A DNA stretch of 3,264 nucleotides from a virus (taxonomy: Duplodnaviria; Heunggongvirae; Uroviricota; Caudoviricetes): the IMG/VR virus record IMGVR_UViG_2531839178_000018; one strand, given 5' to 3'. A program made the translations under genes and the position numbers. Of this stretch, positions 1-3,264 are shown piece after piece. The notes under the pieces are model-generated. The model had not been told where the DNA came from and ran no database searches. It saw nothing but the letters and a program-made list of their open reading frames with translations. Positions within the stretch are counted from its first letter, which is position 1; every line of letters begins with the position of its first letter.

Positions 1-83
1 TGCTCAGTCCGGTTGGTGATTTGTTTTGATTTGGCGATTGATCAGATCGCACAATCCGGGCTAAGTTCCCTCAAAGTGATCTA

Positions 84-884
84 CTATTCCGCGCAGCTAT
101 TTAGTTTTGTATAATTCCGGCGGATGGTTATAGTCCTCGCTTTAAGGTCTATATCTTCCCAGGCCAGTGATACCAGCTCCCCGTGACGAATACCCGTGTA
201 TACAGCGATAATCCACAGGTTTTTTGTTTGTTGATGACGGCAAGCCTCAATAAAACGAATAAATTCGTCACGGGTGAGGGGATCTGGTTCTATCTTGGAC
301 TTTTTTAATGGTGTCAGACCGTTAAATGGATTTCCTGATGTATAACCATTATCTGTTGCAAATTGAAACATTCCAGCTATGGTTGTCATATAGTAGTTTA
401 CTGTGACCACTGAGCGTCCTTTTATGGAAGAAATTTTTCCGTTAGAAAGCTTTTGATAACCGGTCAACAGATCTCTCCTTACGAAAAGCAAATCCTCTTT
501 TGTTACAGATGAAACCAGTCTTTTTTCACCTAACATTGGCAACATGTTTTTAATTACTGACTGGTAACGGTTAAGTGCATTTGCACAAATCTCTATTTTC
601 TTCAGTTCAAGCCATCTTTCCGAAAGTGCTTTAATGGTTATCTCTCTTTTCCCCAGACCAAAGTGTTTCAGGTTAGGGGACTCAGGGAACTGTGCTGCAT
701 AGTCGAAACTCCCCATTCTGATTGCAAAACAAACGGAAGTGCGGAGGTCACCTGCGATTTTCCGGTTTTTGGCGGTGTCAGGAACACCGAGGTTTTCTCT
801 GACACGTTTGCCGTTATAGTGAAACCATATGCGGAGTGATCCGCCATGATTTTCAACGCCTGTTGGGTATGATGTATTACTCAT
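84..884 (-). pseudogene. Phage tyrosine integrase, Rac/IntR-like; only the N-terminal 266 codons are intact, ending at tandem in-frame TAG-TAG (81-86); catalytic C-terminal region absent
   Basis: Translation (MSNTSYPTGVENHGGSLRIWFHYNGKRVRENLG...FDYAAQFPESP...) resembles from memory the N-terminal arm-binding and core-binding regions of IntR-type integrases. Box I-like motif TGIRHGELVSLAWEDID is present near the C-terminus with the conserved Arg, but the ORF stops about 20 codons later, before any box II (HxxR) or catalytic Tyr. ATG at 884 is preceded by GGGAGG (complement of 891-896). Full-length relatives are about 400 aa (recalled). Confidence 0.72.
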
Positions 885-917
885 TAAACCTCCCAGACGT
901 CCAGGAGCATTAACAGG

Positions 918-1172
918 TTAACCGGAACTTGCATTTTTAACACCTGGTTGTTTCTGATTTTCGATCCAGCGCATAATTTCCTCTATGTTGTATACGCATT
1001 CACTGTTGCTCTTCGGAATTCCATCGACAGCGTAATGTCGATATTCTTTCCCCTGTAGCCATGATTTTTTCCTGGCTCGCTCAATGGTGCCTGGTTTTAG
1101 CCCTGTCGAAGCAATGAGGGTGCTTTCTGTACACCATTTACTTGGTGTTATTTGATAGATGATTGTCTGCAT
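918..1172 (-). CDS. Excisionase-like small DNA-binding protein (Xis; putative excisionase, DUF1233-like)
   Basis: 84-aa ORF immediately upstream of int on the same strand, the canonical xis-int arrangement. Sequence has the pattern of small winged-helix excisionases (ITPSKWCTESTLIASTGLKPGTIERARKK...GKEYRHYAVDG...IEEIMRWIE). ATG at 1172 is preceded by GAGG with a 5-nt spacer, and that GAGG overlaps the TGA stop of the upstream ORF. Family assignment is by recall, not search. Confidence 0.6.
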   Translation of the reverse strand: MQTIIYQITPSKWCTESTLIASTGLKPGTIERARKKSWLQGKEYRHYAVDGIPKSNSECVYNIEEIMRWIENQKQPGVKNASSG

Positions 1173-1179
1173 GTCAACC

Positions 1180-1326
1180 TCATAAAACTTTCAGCCCACG
1201 GCAGTGGCACCACACCTCAAACATTCGTTTCACAACTTCACGGCAGTAGAAACCGTCAACATCTCGCGTCAGGTCATAACGATTGCCGTAACGCTGGCGT
1301 ACCCATAGCTCAAACGCTTTATTCAT
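1180..1326 (-). CDS. Small hypothetical protein, 48 aa, Cys/His-containing (not in the supplied ORF track)
   Basis: Hand translation of the minus strand: MNKAFELWVRQRYGNRYDLTRDVDGFYCREVVKRMFEVWCHCRGLKVL. ATG at 1326-1324 lies 3 nt after the TAG of the 80-aa ORF and is preceded by AAGGAAG with a ~6-nt spacer. Its TGA (1182-1180) sits inside the SD of xis. It exactly fills the apparent 157-bp gap between the 80-aa ORF and xis. Confidence 0.45.
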   Translation of the reverse strand: MNKAFELWVRQRYGNRYDLTRDVDGFYCREVVKRMFEVWCHCRGLKVL

Positions 1327-1329
1327 TCG

Positions 1330-1572
1330 CTACTTCCTTTTCATGGCTCGTAATTTTTTCAAATGAGCTTCCTGCTCTGTTTCTACCAGAATTTGTCGGT
1401 ATTCCTGGTGATCGATCCGTTCAAACAGTTCATTAAAATCGTTTATTTTTACCGACTGTGTTCGCCCATCCATTCTTCTGTACAACACAGAGTTGTTTAT
1501 GCAGCGAATAATTTTTATCGGGTAGCCAGCACTATCGGTGTATATCTGACCACTTTGAATCAGAGCGAACAT
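1330..1572 (-). CDS. Hypothetical phage protein, 80 aa (possibly DUF4222-like; tentative)
   Basis: ORF in the tiled minus-strand operon. No alternative in-frame start upstream before a stop. GGGGA lies about 7 nt upstream of the ATG. The motif GYPIKIIRCINNSVLYRRMDGRTQSVKINDFNELFERI resembles small phage DUF4222-type proteins from memory only. Confidence 0.55.
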   Translation of the reverse strand: MFALIQSGQIYTDSAGYPIKIIRCINNSVLYRRMDGRTQSVKINDFNELFERIDHQEYRQILVETEQEAHLKKLRAMKRK

Positions 1573-1576
1573 TCCT

Positions 1577-1663
1577 TTATCCCCAGCGGAAAAGTGAATA
1601 CAGAATAAATGCCACCGCTATTGCAACTCCTACTGCGGTGAATGCTTCAGGCCAATTCATCAT
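1577..1663 (-). CDS. Small hydrophobic peptide, 28 aa, predicted single transmembrane helix (not in the supplied ORF track)
   Basis: Hand translation: MMNWPEAFTAVGVAIAVAFILYSLFRWG. ATG at 1663-1661 overlaps the TGA stop of the 209-aa ORF (ATGA overlap); a second ATG follows immediately. GGAGG (complement of 1668-1672) lies 4-7 nt upstream. Its TAA (1579-1577) is 4 nt before the ATG of the 80-aa ORF. It fills the apparent gap 1573-1659. Confidence 0.42.
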   Translation of the reverse strand: MMNWPEAFTAVGVAIAVAFILYSLFRWG

Positions 1664-2289
1664 TTCACCTCCACGCCGATCCCGGCAATAACACAATCCC
1701 GTTTGATAGCTTCTTTCACCCAGCGTTTATAGGTTTCCGGATGGAATTTTGCGCTTTTTCCAGTACCGCTCCAGAATGCCTTTGATGTGATATCGGGCAG
1801 GGTGATGGTCAGACCTTTCTTCCTGATGTCTCCAGAACTTTTGCAAAAAGTTAATGCGACGCGTAGTTCTTTAACGCACGCATAGTTTTCTGCTTTCTCT
1901 GGATCGCCGGTACGGTGTTCAGCTTCTTGTCTGCACCATTTGATGACTTTCTCAGCGGCTGCGTGGAGACGCTGACGTTGCCGGTCGTATGTGTCGACCA
2001 GCCCAAATGCATGATCCTTTGCTTTGCTTAATTCAGCGACGAGGCATTCGGAATCAATCAGATTATTTTCCGCAGCGGACAGTGCATGTTTCAGTCGCTC
2101 GATTTCTTGAGCCATGTAGTAACCGGTTTTGCTCCAGGTATCTACATCATCGCCACTCATATCCGGTTCCATCGTCGCCATCAGAACGGCGTCGTGATAG
2201 TCCAAGCTACCGCAGGTGATTGCAACGGCGTAGGAGTCACTATTTTCTCGTTTATGGATAAGTACAACTGGGTTTTTGATCTTGCTCAT
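1660..2289 (-). CDS. Hypothetical prophage accessory protein, 209 aa; function not assignable from sequence
   Basis: Longest intact ORF in the window. ATG at 2289 is preceded by GAGGTG with a ~5-nt spacer. Acidic N-terminal region (MEPDMSGDDVDTW), a central region that looks helical/charged (EIERLKHALSAAENNL...RQRQRLHAAAEKVIKWCRQEAEH), and a basic C-terminus (KFHPETYKRWVKEAIKR). No catalytic motif recognised. Confidence 0.75.
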   Translation of the reverse strand: MSKIKNPVVLIHKRENSDSYAVAITCGSLDYHDAVLMATMEPDMSGDDVDTWSKTGYYMAQEIERLKHALSAAENNLIDSECLVAELSKAKDHAFGLVDTYDRQRQRLHAAAEKVIKWCRQEAEHRTGDPEKAENYACVKELRVALTFCKSSGDIRKKGLTITLPDITSKAFWSGTGKSAKFHPETYKRWVKEAIKRDCVIAGIGVEVK

Positions 2290-2297
2290 CCCGCACC

Positions 2298-2393
2298 TCA
2301 GTAATTCATTAAAAATTTATATTCAATCAGCGCACCGAAAACGACGGACGCCAGCAGCAGACCAAACAGCATGGACAGGAGGAATGACTTCAT
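2298..2393 (-). CDS. Small hydrophobic peptide, 31 aa, predicted single transmembrane helix (not in the supplied ORF track)
   Basis: Hand translation: MKSFLLSMLFGLLLASVVFGALIEYKFLMNY. ATG at 2393-2391 overlaps the TGA stop of the 74-aa ORF (ATGA overlap). GGGAGG (complement of 2401-2406) lies 7 nt upstream. Its TGA (2300-2298) is embedded in the SD of the 209-aa ORF. Confidence 0.45.
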   Translation of the reverse strand: MKSFLLSMLFGLLLASVVFGALIEYKFLMNY

Positions 2394-2614
2394 CGCTTTG
2401 CCTCCCGCTGTACGATTTTGTAGGCGCGCAGGATGTCGAGTGTTTTTCCTGACAACGATGACTTAACCCAGAAAAAGCCGCTGCGGTTTTCATAGATCCC
2501 CTGTACATTAAACAGTACCGCATCAACAACGCGGTTATGCTTTTGCAATGTCAGGCGGGAACTGGTGATCACGATGTTCGCTACGGCGCCATAGTCCTGG
2601 TATTGGATTTTCAT
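2390..2614 (-). CDS. Hypothetical phage protein, 74 aa
   Basis: ORF in the tiled operon. ATG at 2614 directly abuts the TAA of the upstream fragment (TAAATG), with GGGGAA about 8 nt upstream. No recognisable domain. Confidence 0.55.
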   Translation of the reverse strand: MKIQYQDYGAVANIVITSSRLTLQKHNRVVDAVLFNVQGIYENRSGFFWVKSSLSGKTLDILRAYKIVQREAKR

Positions 2615-2823
2615 TTACATGTTCCCCATAACGGTATCGCTCATGTCGTTAACCATGCTCTGCCAGATTTCTTTGCCGCTTTGCGTCAGCTCGTTTCCAC
2701 GAACGCATTTGCTTAACAGCTGAATACCAACGGCTTCCCATTGGGGGTAATTTTCTTTGATAGCCTTCAGAGCATAACCATCGATTAAGTCCCTGATGCC
2801 TTTAACCCCACCGATGATGTTTA
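2615..2823 (-). pseudogene. 5'-truncated ORF remnant (about 68 native codons) whose N-terminal coding region is replaced by the IS911 left end
   Basis: The track ORF 2615-2896 uses a TTG inside IS911 as its start, and its first 24 codons are encoded by the IS911 inverted repeat/leader (2824-2896). The native part begins at the IS junction and has no internal start until the last few codons. So the listed ORF is chimeric and the original gene was interrupted by the insertion. Confidence 0.5.
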
Positions 2824-2859
2824 TGAAGTGGCACACTGAATTTGGCCACCTGAACAGAG
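2824..2859 (+). repeat. IS911 left terminal inverted repeat (IRL, about 36 bp)
   Basis: Begins with the TGAAGTGG terminus characteristic of IS911/IS3-family ends. The 36-bp length is from recalled literature; the partner IRR is not in the window. Confidence 0.65.
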
Positions 2860-2895
2860 GTGATATGCTCACCTCAGAACAACACAGGTGCTCCA

Positions 2896-3158
2896 ATGAA
2901 AAAAAGAAATTTTAGCGCAGAGTTTAAACGCGAATCCGCTCAACTGGTTGTTGACCAGAAATACACGGTGGCAGATGCCGCCAAAGCTATGGATGTTGGC
3001 CTTTCCACAATGACAAGATGGGTCAAACAACTGCGTGATGAGCGTCAGGGCAAAACACCAAAAGCCTCTCCGATAACACCAGAACAAATCGAAATACGTA
3101 AGCTGAGGAAAAAGCTACAACGCATTGAAATGGAGAATGAAATATTAAAAAAGGCTAC
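2896..3158 (+). CDS. insN: IS911 OrfA (transposase N-terminal/regulatory protein), about 87 of ~100 codons; 3' end disrupted by IS30, reading frame continues into IS30 sequence
   Basis: ATG at 2896 preceded by AGGTG with a 5-nt spacer. Helix-turn-helix region and leucine-zipper-like heptads ([20 protein letters not shown]) typical of IS3-family OrfA. The track's start at 2860 is a GTG extension with no SD. After ...ILKKAT the translation ([18 protein letters not shown]...) is IS30-derived, not IS911. Confidence 0.8.
3147..3153 (+). promoter_or_regulatory. IS911 programmed -1 ribosomal frameshift heptamer A-AAA-AAG
   Basis: AAAAAAG at 3147-3153 in the orfA frame, at the position where IS911 OrfAB is produced by -1 frameshifting (established for IS911). 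The downstream stimulatory region and orfB have been removed by the IS30 insertion 5 bp downstream. Confidence 0.7.
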
Positions 3159-3184
3159 TGTAGATTCAATTGGTCAACGCAACA
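3159..3184 (+). repeat. IS30 left terminal inverted repeat (about 26 bp)
   Basis: Starts at the abrupt break in IS911 homology. The 26-bp length is from recalled literature. Confidence 0.65.
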
Positions 3185-3220
3185 GTTATGTGAAAACATG
3201 GGGTCGCGGAGGTTTTTTGA

Positions 3221-3264
3221 ATGAGACGAACATTTACAGCAGAGGAAAAAGCCTCTGTTTTTGA
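3221..3264 (+). CDS. insI: IS30 transposase, first 14 codons (3' end beyond the window)
   Basis: ATG at 3221 preceded by GGAGG (3207-3211) with a 9-nt spacer. Translation [14 protein letters not shown] runs to the window end without a stop. Confidence 0.8.
   Translation, partial: MRRTFTAEEKASVF

Larger units (their letters stand above)
2824..3158 (+). mobile_element. IS911 (IS3 family), left 335 bp only: left inverted repeat, leader and most of orfA; interrupted by IS30
   Basis: Sequence from 2824 (TGAAGTGGCACACTGAATTTGGCCACCTGAACAGAGG...) matches the IS911 left end as I recall it. It is followed by orfA starting [51 protein letters not shown], and the A6G frameshift heptamer lies at the expected place. 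Identity is from memory, not a search. Confidence 0.85.
3159..3264 (+). mobile_element. IS30, left end (continues beyond the window)
   Basis: TGTAGATTCAATTGGTCAACGCAACAG... matches the IS30 terminus as recalled, followed 62 bp later by an ATG opening [14 protein letters not shown], the recalled N-terminus of the IS30 transposase. Identity is from memory. Confidence 0.85.

Noticed and set aside
1-83. Possible attachment site, tRNA gene fragment or foreign IS end at the left edge
   Set aside because: No tRNA-like T-arm or acceptor motifs and no recognisable IS terminus; best interpreted, tentatively, as decayed int 3' sequence.
668-856. Minus-strand 62-aa ORF nested in int
   Set aside because: Out-of-frame overlap entirely inside the integrase coding region; no independent signal.
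916-923. Palindrome GGTTAACC overlapping the xis stop codon
   Set aside because: A single 8-bp palindrome is expected by chance; no repeated copies that would suggest Int or Xis binding sites.
1152-1436. Plus-strand 94-aa ORF from the track
   Set aside because: TTG start, no SD, low-complexity translation, and antisense to the tiled minus-strand genes (48-aa ORF, 80-aa ORF, xis start) that have proper ribosome-binding sites.
1363-1608. Plus-strand 81-aa ORF from the track
   Set aside because: Antisense to the 80-aa and 28-aa minus-strand ORFs; no SD; does not fit the operon organisation.
1613-1640. Inverted repeat CACCGC...GCGGTG, possible terminator between the 209-aa and 80-aa genes
   Set aside because: Only a 6-bp stem with a ~16-nt loop, no U-tract on either strand, and it lies inside the coding sequence of the 28-aa peptide.
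1989-2304. Plus-strand ORFs 1989-2219 and 2086-2304
   Set aside because: Both lie entirely antisense within the 209-aa gene, with Arg/Ser/Pro-rich low-complexity translations typical of spurious antisense frames.
2323-2529. Minus-strand 68-aa ORF from the track
   Set aside because: Overlaps the 74-aa and 31-aa ORFs out of frame and lacks an SD; the in-frame 31-aa peptide with GGGAGG is the better explanation for coding potential here.
2860-2895. GTG-initiated N-terminal extension of IS911 OrfA ([12 protein letters not shown]...)
   Set aside because: Lies within the IS911 leader; the ATG at 2896 has a proper SD and matches the recalled OrfA N-terminus MKKRNF.
2869-3087. Minus-strand 72-aa ORF
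   Set aside because: Antisense within IS911 orfA; not a known IS911 product.

Overview
This window looks like the integrase-proximal end of a degraded lambdoid prophage, cut off on its right side by nested insertion sequences. All native genes are on the minus strand and form a gap-free, apparently translationally coupled operon running right to left: a 5'-truncated ORF fragment, a 74-aa ORF, a 31-aa hydrophobic peptide, a 209-aa ORF, a 28-aa hydrophobic peptide, an 80-aa ORF, a 48-aa Cys/His-containing ORF, an excisionase-like gene and a truncated tyrosine integrase. The integrase ORF (84-884) ends at a tandem TAG-TAG after box I and lacks the catalytic region, so it is probably a pseudogene. 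Three of these ORFs (48, 28 and 31 aa) are absent from the supplied ORF track; I found them by translating the apparent gaps by hand. At 2824 the left end of IS911 interrupts the operon, and IS911 orfA is itself interrupted at 3159 by the left end of IS30, 5 bp after the IS911 A6G frameshift heptamer. IS911 and IS30 identities rest on recalled sequence, not a database search. No tRNA, rRNA or CRISPR array is evident. None of the prophage accessory proteins can be assigned a function from sequence alone; the 209-aa protein with its two flanking membrane peptides is the most interesting candidate for an undescribed accessory module.
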